From an uncultured Methanosarcinales archaeon (lineage in GTDB: Archaea > Nanobdellota > Nanobdellia > Woesearchaeales > GW2011-AR9): a stretch of 64,000 bases of DNA. Shown here one piece after another: positions 43,179 through 53,355 of this stretch. A program made the position numbers and the translations under genes. The first letter of the stretch is position 1. Each line of letters opens with the position of its first letter. The stretch is from contig CAYFMJ010000002.1 of NCBI GenBank assembly GCA_964344235.1, forward strand, positions 13,320-77,319, written 5' to 3'. The notes under the pieces were generated by a model. The model ran no database searches. It had not been told where the DNA came from and saw nothing but the letters and a program-made list of their open reading frames with translations.

Positions 43179-44993
43179 GTGGTAGACGACAATTCTCGCG
43201 GTTGGGACAAACCAATCAATTTAAAGTACAATCTCAAGACATTTTGGCGATTTATTTCGCAATCAAAGCTATTGGTCTATGGTACAATCATTCTCTCGTT
43301 TATTGGTGAAGCTATTACCTTCTTTGACAATTTCGTATTCAAATACTTAGTAGATAAAGCGACCCTTTTCTCACAGGATAAAATCACTGCTGCTGTCTTC
43401 GCCCAAATTATCTTGTATTCAGTACTTGTGTACTTAGCAGTACGCTTTCTTGGAGCAGTTGTTTGGTTTATCCGGATAAAGTTGATTAACAGACTTGACG
43501 CGCGTACCATGAGCGCCGTGGAACAGGAAGCATTCTGGCATATTACCAATCTTTCGTACAAATTCCACGCAGATAAAAAAACAGGATCAATTATCTCTAA
43601 ATTCACAAGGGGAGTGAACAAGGTAGAATCATTTATTGGGGCGTTTGTGTTTCATGTATTTCCCGTGTTCTTCCGTTTACTGCTATCAGTGGGTGTGATT
43701 TTTTACTTTGATATCATTACTGCATTAATTCTCATTGCTATGACTGTCGTTTTCATTACAGTGGGAGTTATTGTCACAAATATGCAGAAACATCCGCAAG
43801 GTATCGCTAACTACAAAGAAGACATCCTGAAACAGAACCTCAGCGATGTATTCATGAATATTGACACTGTAAAGTATTTTGCAAAGGAAAAACCAACCTT
43901 TCGCTTTTTCCGTAAACTCTCAAAGAGCTTGAAAGAAGCACGGCTTACGTTTTGGCACTACTATAGTTGGCATGCCGGTATTCAAACGTTTGTCATTGGC
44001 GTTGGTGTCGCTGCAATTTTCTACACAACCTTTACTGGTTTCCTGGAAGGACGTATCACGTTAGGAAGCATCACTCTTATCTACGCAGCCGTCTGGCGGT
44101 TAATCCCCCTACTCTTTGGTCTGATTCACGGCTACCGGGAGTTTATTCGAAGTACTGTTGATGTTGATGCACTCTTCGCGATGTTCAAAGAACGGAATGA
44201 AGTTGAAGACAGACCACGTGCACCCTCACTGAAAGTTAAGGCAGGGAAGATCGACTTCAATCACGTTTCCTTTGCCTACCCTGCTTCCGAAAAGAAAAAT
44301 GAGAAAACCGTGCTTAAAGACTTTCACCTTGACATTCAACCGAACACTAAAGTAGCACTTGTTGGTCCTTCTGGCAGCGGTAAAACGACAGTGGTTAAAG
44401 TCCTTTACAGATTGTTTGATATAAACGAAGGGACAATCACCGTTGATGGCCAAGATATCAGTAAAGTCAAACAACACTCTCTCCGTGAAAGCATGAGCAT
44501 TGTCCCTCAAGAACCGTTATTATTTGATAACACCATTTACTACAACGTTGCCTACGCCAATCCTACGGCTTCACGACGCGATGTTTGGAAAGCAATCCGC
44601 TTTGCGCAACTTGACAAATTCATTGAAGAATTGCCATTCAAAGAAAACACTATTGTCGGTGAACGTGGAGTAAAACTTTCCGGGGGGGAGAAGCAGCGTG
44701 TATCCATTGCCCGAGCCATCTTAGCAAATAAAAAAATTCTCGTACTTGATGAAGCGACCTCCGCTCTCGATTCAGAGACAGAAAAAGAAATTCAAAGAGA
44801 CTTGGACAAACTAATGCAAGGCCGCACGAGCATTATCATAGCTCATAGACTCTCAACCATTATGAAAGCAGATACTATTGTTGTGATGGGTAAAGGCCAA
44901 ATTCTAGAGATTGGCACGCATGAAGAATTGAAAAACAAACGTGGCGGCTTGTACAAGAAATTATGGGAATTACAACAGGGTGGAAGATTATAA
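43179..44993 (+). CDS. ABC exporter, fused permease/ATPase (MsbA/multidrug type)
   Basis: 6-TM N-domain. Walker A GPSGSGKTT, signature LSGGEKQR, Walker B ILVLDEATSALD. Confidence 0.85.
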   Translation: MVDDNSRGWDKPINLKYNLKTFWRFISQSKLLVYGTIILSFIGEAITFFDNFVFKYLVDKATLFSQDKITAAVFAQIILYSVLVYLAVRFLGAVVWFIRIKLINRLDARTMSAVEQEAFWHITNLSYKFHADKKTGSIISKFTRGVNKVESFIGAFVFHVFPVFFRLLLSVGVIFYFDIITALILIAMTVVFITVGVIVTNMQKHPQGIANYKEDILKQNLSDVFMNIDTVKYFAKEKPTFRFFRKLSKSLKEARLTFWHYYSWHAGIQTFVIGVGVAAIFYTTFTGFLEGRITLGSITLIYAAVWRLIPLLFGLIHGYREFIRSTVDVDALFAMFKERNEVEDRPRAPSLKVKAGKIDFNHVSFAYPASEKKNEKTVLKDFHLDIQPNTKVALVGPSGSGKTTVVKVLYRLFDINEGTITVDGQDISKVKQHSLRESMSIVPQEPLLFDNTIYYNVAYANPTASRRDVWKAIRFAQLDKFIEELPFKENTIVGERGVKLSGGEKQRVSIARAILANKKILVLDEATSALDSETEKEIQRDLDKLMQGRTSIIIAHRLSTIMKADTIVVMGKGQILEIGTHEELKNKRGGLYKKLWELQQGGRL

Positions 44994-45401
44994 TCATAAC
45001 AGAAACACAATAACAGCAACCACAAAACCAACCGCCGCTCCCACCACTACTTGTAACGGCGTATGGCCAAGAGAATAATGAAATTTCGATTTAATTTTAT
45101 GTTCTCGAAATAACTTCTCAATTGCTTTCCCTTCATTCCCCACACTTCTCCGTACACCAAAGGCATCTCGAATAACAATAAATGCCAACACTAAACTAAT
45201 TGCAAATGCCGTGGAAGCCCCTTCCATCAAAAAGATAATCGTAGCTAATGATACCACAAACGCTGAATGAGAACTCGGCATCCCTCCCGTCACAATCAAA
45301 TCATTCCAATTCAACGTTTTATGCCGAAACCATAACGCAATTAACTTCACCAATTGTGCACCAAACCCTGCAAACAATACAGCTAAAATAATTTTATTCA
45401 T
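44994..45401 (-). CDS. divergent PAP2-family membrane protein (DUF212)
   Basis: GGMPSSHSAFVVSLA and RDAFGVRR motifs. Confidence 0.7.
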   Translation of the reverse strand: MNKIILAVLFAGFGAQLVKLIALWFRHKTLNWNDLIVTGGMPSSHSAFVVSLATIIFLMEGASTAFAISLVLAFIVIRDAFGVRRSVGNEGKAIEKLFREHKIKSKFHYSLGHTPLQVVVGAAVGFVVAVIVFLL

Positions 45402-45480
45402 ATTATTACCTTTTTTTTAGGCTATATATATTTTACTTCCATTCACAAATTTTTTTAATGAAACCCCTAATTTACTCCAT

Positions 45481-46176
45481 ATGAACTCAGTTTCCCACAT
45501 TGGCATTATTCTTGATGGTAATCGTAGATTTGCTAAAAAGCTCATGAAACAACCCTGGAAAGGTCATGAGTGGGGCGCACAGAAAGTTGAAAAACTCTTT
45601 GATTGGTGTACCGAACTTGGGGTTAAAGAACTTACCCTCTACGCTTTCTCTATGCAAAATTTCAACAGACCAAAACAAGAATTTGATTATTTGATGCAAC
45701 TCTTTCAGAAATTCTTCACTAAATTAGAAAATGACGGCCGGTTAGAAAAGCAAAATATCCGTGTTAATTTCATTGGGCGTATCCACCTCTTCCCACAAGA
45801 ACTCTACCAAAAAATGCTTTCTGTTATGAAAAAAACAAAGGATAACAAAACATACACTGTTAATTTTGCTCTAGCATATGGTGGCCAGGAAGAGATTGTT
45901 GACGCTGTAAAGCAAATTGGGAGAGACTTAGAAGCAGGCAAAATAACTGCAGATACCATCAATAAAGAAATAATTGAAAAAAATCTTTACATCTCAAGCC
46001 AGCCGGATCTTATTATTCGAACAGGAGGAGAACAAAGAACCTCTAACTTCCTCGTCTGGCAATCCTGGTACTCAGAATGGTTCTTTTTGGAGAAAACCTG
46101 GCCGGAATTTGAGAGAGAAGACCTGGTTACAATCATAACTCAATTTAAGGGTAGGGAACGCCGTTTTGGGAAATAA
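45481..46176 (+). CDS. uppS: cis-prenyl (undecaprenyl-type) diphosphate synthase
   Basis: HIGIILDGNRRFAKK, LTLYAFS.QNF.R, IRTGGEQR.SNFL.WQ. Confidence 0.9.
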   Translation: MNSVSHIGIILDGNRRFAKKLMKQPWKGHEWGAQKVEKLFDWCTELGVKELTLYAFSMQNFNRPKQEFDYLMQLFQKFFTKLENDGRLEKQNIRVNFIGRIHLFPQELYQKMLSVMKKTKDNKTYTVNFALAYGGQEEIVDAVKQIGRDLEAGKITADTINKEIIEKNLYISSQPDLIIRTGGEQRTSNFLVWQSWYSEWFFLEKTWPEFEREDLVTIITQFKGRERRFGK

Positions 46177-46225
46177 CCCTCTTATCACAATAATTATTAT
46201 AAATTCCCCAACCCCCTAATATTCT

Positions 46226-48049
46226 ATGGCCAGTATTAACATTCTATCAGAAGACCTCATCAATAAAATCGCTGCCGGAGAAGTTATTGAAAGACCTGCA
46301 TCTGTGGTGAAAGAGCTAATAGAAAATTCACTGGATGCAAACGCTACCACCATCACCATCGACATCAAAGATTCCGGTAAAAAATTAATCAAAATCACCG
46401 ATAACGGGTCTGGTATGGATAAAGACGATGCGAAAAAGTCAATCATCCGCCACGCCACCAGCAAACTTAACACCACAGATGATCTATTCGCGATTCAAAC
46501 ACTTGGTTTTCGAGGTGAAGCATTAGCGAGCATTGCTGCTGTTTCTTTACTTTCATTAACAACAAAACAACAAGATACATTAGAAGGCTTCTCCCTCGTC
46601 ATTGAGGGGGGCAATATAGTTAATGAAACCATTGCCGCTGCTGATCCGGGAACAACAATTGAAGTGCATAATTTATTCTTCAACACTCCCGCAAGAAAAA
46701 AATTTCTCAAAACGGACGGGGTTGAATTACGTCACATTATCGACGTTGTAACCAATTACGCCTTACTCCATCCGGGCGTTTCATTCCGCTTAAACCATGA
46801 AGGCAGAGAATTACTTTCCTCGCCAGCAGTGCAGGACCAACGCAGTAACATTTCTGCTATTTACGGTACTTCCACTGCTAAAGACTTATTGGAAGTTGCG
46901 TATAAAGATGATCTTTGTACTCTTACTGGCTTTATCTCAAAACCAATTAACTGTCGGAATGACAAAACACAGCAAATTTTCTTTGTTAATAATCGTTGGG
47001 TGAAAAATAGTGGTCTAAGCAATGCTGTCTACGATGGTTTCCATTCAATGTTATTTGTCAATAAACATCCAATCTTTGTACTTCATCTCACGCTCGATCC
47101 GGAAAAAGTTGACGTGAACGTCCATCCGCAAAAATCTGAAATTAAAATCGATCAAAAGGAACAGATTGCAGCAGCTGTTACGGCTGCAGTCAAAGAAACA
47201 CTGCGAGCAAACAATCTCATTCCAGTTGTGGATGTTGAGTTTGAACAACAAGCAACACTTGCTCCACCCACTCCTAAACCGAAAGTGGAGAAACCAGGCG
47301 TAAAATATAACTTTGAACCATCGGAACAAACAATCTTACAAGAACCTTCTTTAGTTACGTCACATGAGCAACTTCATTCCATTATCTCAGAAACTGTAGA
47401 GGCCGAGCAGTCTGCAGAGCCAGAACTCGCGCCCTTAGAAGAAGATGTCAAAGCACAACTTAGTGAAACTGAAAAATTCCCACCACTCAAATTATTTGGT
47501 CAAATTCATAAAACATTTTTTGTAGCGGAAACACCAGGTGGCGTGTTCTTCATTGATCAACACGCTGCGCATGAAAGAGTGTTGTACGAACGGTTCATGA
47601 AACAATACGCTGACAAAGCAGTGGAAGTACAGACATTATTGCAAGGGGAAGTAGTCGAATTCACTGCTGCTGAGGTAGCGTTGTTAAATGAACACCATGC
47701 GGCATTGGAACAATTTGGTTTTGTGATTGACCATTTTGGGGAGAATTCCTTTGCTATTAAATCCGTGCCACTTATTTTTAACAGATTACAACCAAAAGAG
47801 CAAGTCAAAGAATTTCTCCATAGCCTTTCTAATGGAAAAAACACTCTACAAAAACTGCATGAAACGATTGTAACCAGAATGGCCTGCCGTTCTGCCTACA
47901 TGGCCGGTGATGACCTCACAACGCAACAAGTGCAGGGAATTCTCAAGGACTTATCTAATTGCGAACATCCTTATACCTGTCCCCATGGCCGTCCCACGAT
48001 GATTAAGACAGGTGTGTTTGAGCTAGAGAAGAAGTTTAAGCGGTGCTAA
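46226..48049 (+). CDS. mutL: DNA mismatch repair protein MutL (endonuclease-type)
   Basis: GHKL ATPase N-domain (INKIAAGEVIERPASVVKELIENSLDA, DNGSGM). C-terminal DQHAAHERVLYE and CPHGRP motifs. Confidence 0.85.
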   Translation: MASINILSEDLINKIAAGEVIERPASVVKELIENSLDANATTITIDIKDSGKKLIKITDNGSGMDKDDAKKSIIRHATSKLNTTDDLFAIQTLGFRGEALASIAAVSLLSLTTKQQDTLEGFSLVIEGGNIVNETIAAADPGTTIEVHNLFFNTPARKKFLKTDGVELRHIIDVVTNYALLHPGVSFRLNHEGRELLSSPAVQDQRSNISAIYGTSTAKDLLEVAYKDDLCTLTGFISKPINCRNDKTQQIFFVNNRWVKNSGLSNAVYDGFHSMLFVNKHPIFVLHLTLDPEKVDVNVHPQKSEIKIDQKEQIAAAVTAAVKETLRANNLIPVVDVEFEQQATLAPPTPKPKVEKPGVKYNFEPSEQTILQEPSLVTSHEQLHSIISETVEAEQSAEPELAPLEEDVKAQLSETEKFPPLKLFGQIHKTFFVAETPGGVFFIDQHAAHERVLYERFMKQYADKAVEVQTLLQGEVVEFTAAEVALLNEHHAALEQFGFVIDHFGENSFAIKSVPLIFNRLQPKEQVKEFLHSLSNGKNTLQKLHETIVTRMACRSAYMAGDDLTTQQVQGILKDLSNCEHPYTCPHGRPTMIKTGVFELEKKFKRC

Positions 48050-48121
48050 CCTTCTTCCAAAAAACTTATAAATAACTCTCTCTTTTCCCTACCTGATAGA
48101 TATGAGTTCTCGAGGTTTACA

Positions 48122-48754
48122 ATGAATGAACAGTTAAAAACAGGAACAACAACAGTTGGCATTGTCTGCAAAGATGGTGTTGTCTTAGCGGCTGACACTC
48201 GTGCAACAGCAGGCACAATGATCGTGGATAAAAGAGCAGAAAAAGTCCACGAAATCACGGATGATTTTGCGTTAACAATCGCCGGGGGCGTTTCAGATGC
48301 TCAATTATTAATCAAATTAATTCGTGCGGAATTAAAATTGAAAGAAGTTCGCACAACCAAGAAACCAACAGCGAAAGAAGCTGCAAATCTTTTAGGTGGC
48401 TTATTATATTCAAACATCAGAAGACCAAGTATGCTTCCAGGCGTAGTTCACTTCCTCTTAGCAGGAAAAGATGTTCATGGTAAACATTTATACGATCTCT
48501 TCCCAGATGGAAGTATCACTAAAGTTCCGAAGTTTATTTCCTCTGGTTCTGGTAGTGTCTTTGCATACGGTGTCTTAGAAACACACTACAATCCGGGCAT
48601 GTCAACAGAAGAAGGCGTAAAACTAGCACAAAAAGCAATTGATACCGCAATGCAACGTGATAGTGCTTCCGGAAATGGAATTGACATCGTAATCGTCACG
48701 AATGAGGGTATCAAAAGGGTAATGCACAAAGAAGTAACAATGACACTCTATTAA
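48122..48754 (+). CDS. psmB: proteasome beta subunit
   Basis: Short propeptide, then TGTTTVGIVCKDGVVLAADTRAT. Confidence 0.9.
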   Translation: MNEQLKTGTTTVGIVCKDGVVLAADTRATAGTMIVDKRAEKVHEITDDFALTIAGGVSDAQLLIKLIRAELKLKEVRTTKKPTAKEAANLLGGLLYSNIRRPSMLPGVVHFLLAGKDVHGKHLYDLFPDGSITKVPKFISSGSGSVFAYGVLETHYNPGMSTEEGVKLAQKAIDTAMQRDSASGNGIDIVIVTNEGIKRVMHKEVTMTLY

Positions 48755-48788
48755 TTTTTTTAACATTTAATTATTCACAATTTTAAAA

Positions 48789-50666
48789 ATGGCAGATATC
48801 TTAAAAGAAATAATAAAAGTACTTCCTGCAAACAAAATTTCTGACGCAACATTTGAAGCAGCAAATATTGTGCTCTATACTAAAGATAGAGATTACTTCA
48901 TCGATAATAAAGGAACGATCATTAAAGCAGTGAAGGAATTCAAAAAACGGATTGAACTCCGTCCAGACCCTTCTCTCTGTATTGATCAGGAAGAAACGAA
49001 ACGCCTCATTAAAGAGATGGTGCCGGAAGAAGCAGGGGTCCAAGAATTTATTTTTGACCCTCCTCGTTCCCAGGTCATCATTCATGCAGATAAACCGGGC
49101 TTGGTAATTGGCAAACAAGGGGAGCAGCTACGAAAAATTAGTGCAAAAACCTGTTGGGTTCCTTTAGTAAAACGTGTACCGCCAATCCGTTCAAAATTAA
49201 TTGAAAGTATCCGCTCCGTTCTCTACGAACACGCAGAAGAACGGAAAAAATTCTTAGATAAAACCGGTCATCGGATTTACGATGGTTGGATTCGTCAGAA
49301 AAAACATGAATGGGTGCGGTTATCCTGTTTAGGGGCATCCCGGCAAGTTGGCCGAACCTGCTTCTTACTCCAGACACCTGAGTCTCGTGTCCTCATTGAT
49401 TGCGGGATCGACCCTGGGCAAGACGGCACGGAAACATACCCTTATCTTGATGCTCCGGAATTTAACGTAACAGAGATTGATGCAGTTGTTATTACACATT
49501 CTCATCTTGATCATTGCGGTCTTGTTCCCTACCTCTTCAAATTTGGCTATACTGGACCAGTTTACTGTACCTATCCTACAAGAGACGTCATGTCTTTACT
49601 GCAACTAGATATGATCAAAATTCAAAGAAATCAGGGAAAGGAACCCATTTATACCAGTGAGGAAGTCAAGAAAACCGTTCTTCACACTGTTTGCCTAAAT
49701 TACGATGAAGTCGCCGACATCACTCCTGACATCCGGTTGACGTTCTACAACGCCGGCCATATTCTTGGTAGTGCCATTGTTCACTTTAACATCGGCAACG
49801 GCCTACACAACTTTGCCTATACGGGGGATCTAAAATATGGAAGAACAAATGTCCTAGAAGCAGCAAACACACAGTTTCCTCGTATTGAAACATTAATGAT
49901 GGAATCAACATATGGGGGAAAGGATTGCGTTATGCAAGAAGAATCCGCTGATGAGTACATGGTCCGCGTCATTAAACAAACATTTGAACGTGGCGGTAAG
50001 GTACTAATTCCTGTTCTTGGTTCAGGTAGAGCACAGGAAGTAATGATTATCGTTGAGAGATTAATGCGTGAAGGTAAAATCCCTTCAGCAAAAGTCTACG
50101 TTGATGGAATGCTATGGGATATCTCTGCAATTCATACGGCATATCCCGAGTATCTTAACAGAAATTTACGGCAACAAATATTCCACAAAGAGAATAACCC
50201 CTTTTTATCATCGATTTTCAAACAAGTTGGTTCTCGCAAAGAACGCCAGCAAGTTATTGAGGAAGAGGGGCCAAGTTTAATTCTTGCAACATCTGGAATG
50301 CTTACAGGGGGCCCATCTGTTGAGTATCTTAAACACTTGGCAGAGGGCAAGAAAAATTCCATTATCTTTAGTTGTTATCAACCTCGTGGCAGTCTTGGAC
50401 AAAGAATTAGAGATGGTGAGAAAGACATTATGATGGAAGGGAAAATGGTCACTATGAATCTTGACGTTCATAAAGTTGAAATCACAAACCATTCTGATAG
50501 ACGCCAGTTAATGAATTATGTTAAACGATGTAACCCACAACCCCGTAAAGTGTTAGTTGTTCATGGTGAAGCCTCAAGATGTTTAGACTTAGCATCTTCT
50601 TTACATAAAGCCTATCGGATTGAAACGAGTGCACCGAAGAATTTGGAAGTTATTCGATTGAAATAG
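48789..50666 (+). CDS. aCPSF1-type beta-CASP ribonuclease with N-terminal KH domains
   Basis: KH (VIGKQGEQLRKI), metallo-beta-lactamase HSHLDHCG, beta-CASP, and a C-terminal H motif (VVHGE). Confidence 0.85.
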   Translation: MADILKEIIKVLPANKISDATFEAANIVLYTKDRDYFIDNKGTIIKAVKEFKKRIELRPDPSLCIDQEETKRLIKEMVPEEAGVQEFIFDPPRSQVIIHADKPGLVIGKQGEQLRKISAKTCWVPLVKRVPPIRSKLIESIRSVLYEHAEERKKFLDKTGHRIYDGWIRQKKHEWVRLSCLGASRQVGRTCFLLQTPESRVLIDCGIDPGQDGTETYPYLDAPEFNVTEIDAVVITHSHLDHCGLVPYLFKFGYTGPVYCTYPTRDVMSLLQLDMIKIQRNQGKEPIYTSEEVKKTVLHTVCLNYDEVADITPDIRLTFYNAGHILGSAIVHFNIGNGLHNFAYTGDLKYGRTNVLEAANTQFPRIETLMMESTYGGKDCVMQEESADEYMVRVIKQTFERGGKVLIPVLGSGRAQEVMIIVERLMREGKIPSAKVYVDGMLWDISAIHTAYPEYLNRNLRQQIFHKENNPFLSSIFKQVGSRKERQQVIEEEGPSLILATSGMLTGGPSVEYLKHLAEGKKNSIIFSCYQPRGSLGQRIRDGEKDIMMEGKMVTMNLDVHKVEITNHSDRRQLMNYVKRCNPQPRKVLVVHGEASRCLDLASSLHKAYRIETSAPKNLEVIRLK

Positions 50667-50668
50667 AA

Positions 50669-51025
50669 TTACAAATTATAAATCGTATACGTTCCACTAA
50701 TTACTCTGGCACAGTCGTCCTCAGAATTTTCTTCGTTAACCAACAAACTATCAACGGTTGTTCCTTTCATTAATGTAAACCGATCCCTATCATAGCATAT
50801 CTTCTGGTCATACCCCTGAACACGAACCCAGGGGACTTCGCAAAATGGAAAAGGGAGCCCATCAAAATTATCCGATTGCTTCATGCAGCCTTCTGTAGTT
50901 ATACTCACATCTTCAAGCTCCATGTAGTGCTGAGTCCTCCAATGATACGATCCTAAAGCCGCAGAACCAAGAATAGCCATAGCAATTGCAGACCCGAGTA
51001 AAACTTTCCTGATGGTATAAATCAT
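50669..51025 (-). CDS. hypothetical secreted small protein
   Basis: 118 aa with an N-terminal hydrophobic segment (LLGSAIAMAILGSAALG). Confidence 0.45.
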   Translation of the reverse strand: MIYTIRKVLLGSAIAMAILGSAALGSYHWRTQHYMELEDVSITTEGCMKQSDNFDGLPFPFCEVPWVRVQGYDQKICYDRDRFTLMKGTTVDSLLVNEENSEDDCARVISGTYTIYNL

Positions 51026-51140
51026 GGGCCCATCATTTCACTTTTTTATATAAAACTTAGTGACGAAGTGTGCTATATTGATTTGGGTGGTTGTATTTAC
51101 CTAAAATTTTATAAACAGCTTTCTTACTTGTAAAACTTAT

Positions 51141-51271
51141 GCCACTGTCGCATAATCTGGTACTGTGCGTGAGCACCGGTTTACGCATGGCGGAAAATTG
51201 CGCTGGTCTTGAAGCAACTGCATGAGAACCAGTTCCTTCGGGAATTGCCGGTTCAAATCCGGCCGGTGGCG
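51141..51271 (+). tRNA. candidate tRNA-Ser(UGA) with long variable arm and two putative introns
   Basis: Acceptor GCCACTG/CGGTGGC (7 bp, one G-U). D arm GCAT-AATCTGGTACT-GTGC. Anticodon arm CTGGT-CTTGAA..A-ACCAG. Variable arm TTCC-TTCG-GGAA. T arm GCCGG-TTCAAAT-CCGGC. Discriminator G. Removing about 33 nt (51170-51202) and 13 nt (51214-51226) leaves 85 nt. Confidence 0.6.
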
Positions 51272-51596
51272 CTTCAAATCTTTAAGTCTCTCAGGAGAGA
51301 TGTAAGAGCTAACCATAAACTAAGATTAGTTCAGTCCATTAAGTATTTTTTCATTTTTAATTACTCGTTCACCAGTTTGACAAAAAATGTCGGAAATCTA
51401 TCGAACTAAAAAATTCAGCAATTTTCTACTGTTTGGATGTTCCCACTAAATAATAAACTATATTTGAAGGATCATTTATCCCTCGAAAACAAGATCCGAT
51501 AAAAATCTCCAATTTTGATTTACTCAGCTAAGCTAGTGTTAGTTCAACTACCATTTTTTCGCACATTTTAAAAACAAATATTCTTTTCTAGATGGT

Positions 51597-52004
51597 ATGA
51601 ATCATAACAAATTTATGCAAACCGCTATTGATGACGCTAGAAAATATAAGCACCATTTTGGCGCGGTTATTGTGAAGAATAACAAAATAATCGCATCAGG
51701 TAATGATAGGCCCCCTGGGGATCCTCGTTTCCATGCCGAAACAACTGCAATCTTAGCAACAAAAAAGAGGTCGTTGGAGGGCTGTATTTTATACTCAACC
51801 AGTGAACCTTGTCCTATGTGTTTTTACATGGCATGGATTACGGGAATTAAAAACATTGTTTACGGTTCAACGATTAAAGATGCTGCTAAAGCCGGTCATC
51901 CTCAGATTATTACTACCAATAAATATCTTAACAAAAAATCAGGCAAAAAAATTAAACTCACACAAATTATGAGAAAAGAGTGCAAAGAATTGCTTAATGA
52001 ATAA
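51597..52004 (+). CDS. CMP/dCMP-type zinc deaminase
   Basis: HAE...(25)...PCPMC zinc-binding signature. 135 aa. Confidence 0.75.
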   Translation: MNHNKFMQTAIDDARKYKHHFGAVIVKNNKIIASGNDRPPGDPRFHAETTAILATKKRSLEGCILYSTSEPCPMCFYMAWITGIKNIVYGSTIKDAAKAGHPQIITTNKYLNKKSGKKIKLTQIMRKECKELLNE

Positions 52005-52944
52005 TCTGCTCAACTTCGATTCTAAATTCCTTTAAAGTTAAGTCACCTAATCTCTTATGAATCTCTGCTCGTATTTGTTTAAACTGCTGATCATTTTCTG
52101 TTTGAAAAGCATAGTAAAGGTTTACCCATCCTACTGCTTTGATAATAATGACAAAATGTGGATTCGCCCTCGCCCACCTGATAAATGTCTCTATTTTCTT
52201 CTCAGAATCCTTTACTGCTAGATTTAATCTAGTAATGAAAGTCCATTCACGTACTCCAACTTGTTGAAAATCAATTAATGGGTAAAAACGAAGTATGACG
52301 TTCTTATCTTGCAATTTCTTTATTTTACGTTTAACGGTGTCAGTATGAACGTTTAACTTCTGCGCTAGCTCCAATAATGGAATCCTTGCATCTTTGTGAA
52401 GAATCTTCAATAATTTGTTTTCAATAGGATCTAACTTAATATCCTTAACCTCTTCCTTTACATCACATTTCGCAATTTTTGTAGGATTTAACAAACGCGA
52501 TAAATATGTATAACTACGCACACTCTGAAAACTCACATAGTTAATAACGGTTGAACCAAATATGCTTAATACTTTTGATTGTATGTTGTCATACTCTCCA
52601 ATGGTACGTGTCCACACACTTATGTATGGCTTCCATCTACTTACCTCATGGAGAAAATAGCAACAACTAACATCTTTAATTTTCAATACTTTTTTCACGA
52701 GTTCCTTTTCTTTTTGTTGGTCGTGAATTTTTAAGTCTAAATATAACGAATGTCTACTCATTCCTAAATTTTGGTAGTTAATTATAGTAGAAAATCTTTG
52801 AATCGCTTTACTATCGAGCATTTTTTGCACTCTATTTGTAACTGTTTTCTCTGGTATTTTCAATTCACGAGAAATTTTAGAGAATGATTGCCGTGCATCC
52901 TGGAACAATTCAAATAGGATATGCTTGTCTTTTTCATCAATCAT
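51994..52944 (-). CDS. tandem Lrp/AsnC-type HTH regulator (duplicated module)
   Basis: Two HTH_AsnC-like segments: DKHILFELFQDARQSFSKISRELKIPEKTVTNRVQKM and IENKLLKILHKDARIPLLELAQKLNVHTDTVKRKIKKL. Each is followed by a roughly 90-aa domain. Confidence 0.7.
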   Translation of the reverse strand: MIDEKDKHILFELFQDARQSFSKISRELKIPEKTVTNRVQKMLDSKAIQRFSTIINYQNLGMSRHSLYLDLKIHDQQKEKELVKKVLKIKDVSCCYFLHEVSRWKPYISVWTRTIGEYDNIQSKVLSIFGSTVINYVSFQSVRSYTYLSRLLNPTKIAKCDVKEEVKDIKLDPIENKLLKILHKDARIPLLELAQKLNVHTDTVKRKIKKLQDKNVILRFYPLIDFQQVGVREWTFITRLNLAVKDSEKKIETFIRWARANPHFVIIIKAVGWVNLYYAFQTENDQQFKQIRAEIHKRLGDLTLKEFRIEVEQIIH

Positions 52945-53049
52945 CTTTCTAGTAGAATGCAGGTTCTTTTAAAATTTGCGTGTTTTCCGCCATTTTTTAG
53001 TAGAAATAGATAAAAGACACCTAACATATAGAAAGATGAGGAATGTGGG

Positions 53050-53235
53050 GTGGTGGATGTTATGAGGGTGGAAGTTTTGTGTTGGAAAAGAATAATTCAA
53101 AGTAAGAGGGGGATTCCTTACATTTATCTCTCCCAAAACTTATCTCCAGAAAGCGGATTCTATAAAGGAAGAGAAGTTGATTGTAAAATAGTTGTGGAAA
53201 AAGGAAAAGTGCGTTTAATTATTGACCTTATTTGA
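53050..53235 (+). CDS. hypothetical small protein (uncertain)
   Basis: 61-aa ORF with a GTG-type start. No motif. Weak support. Confidence 0.3.
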   Translation: MVDVMRVEVLCWKRIIQSKRGIPYIYLSQNLSPESGFYKGREVDCKIVVEKGKVRLIIDLI

Positions 53236-53355
53236 GATCTCTTTTTGACTGAAATTAAGCTTATTTTGGAATGTTTTGTGACGTTTCGTACCCCCTACAG
53301 CACCCCTCACAGGGCTTAGGTTACAAATAAATAATATCTTAACTCTATCTCTCTC

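Noticed and set aside
51209-51409. 66-aa TTG-start ORF in the track.
   Set aside because: Its 5' third lies inside the tRNA-like structure (anticodon arm to acceptor stem). The rest is AT-rich spacer with no motif, so it is spurious.
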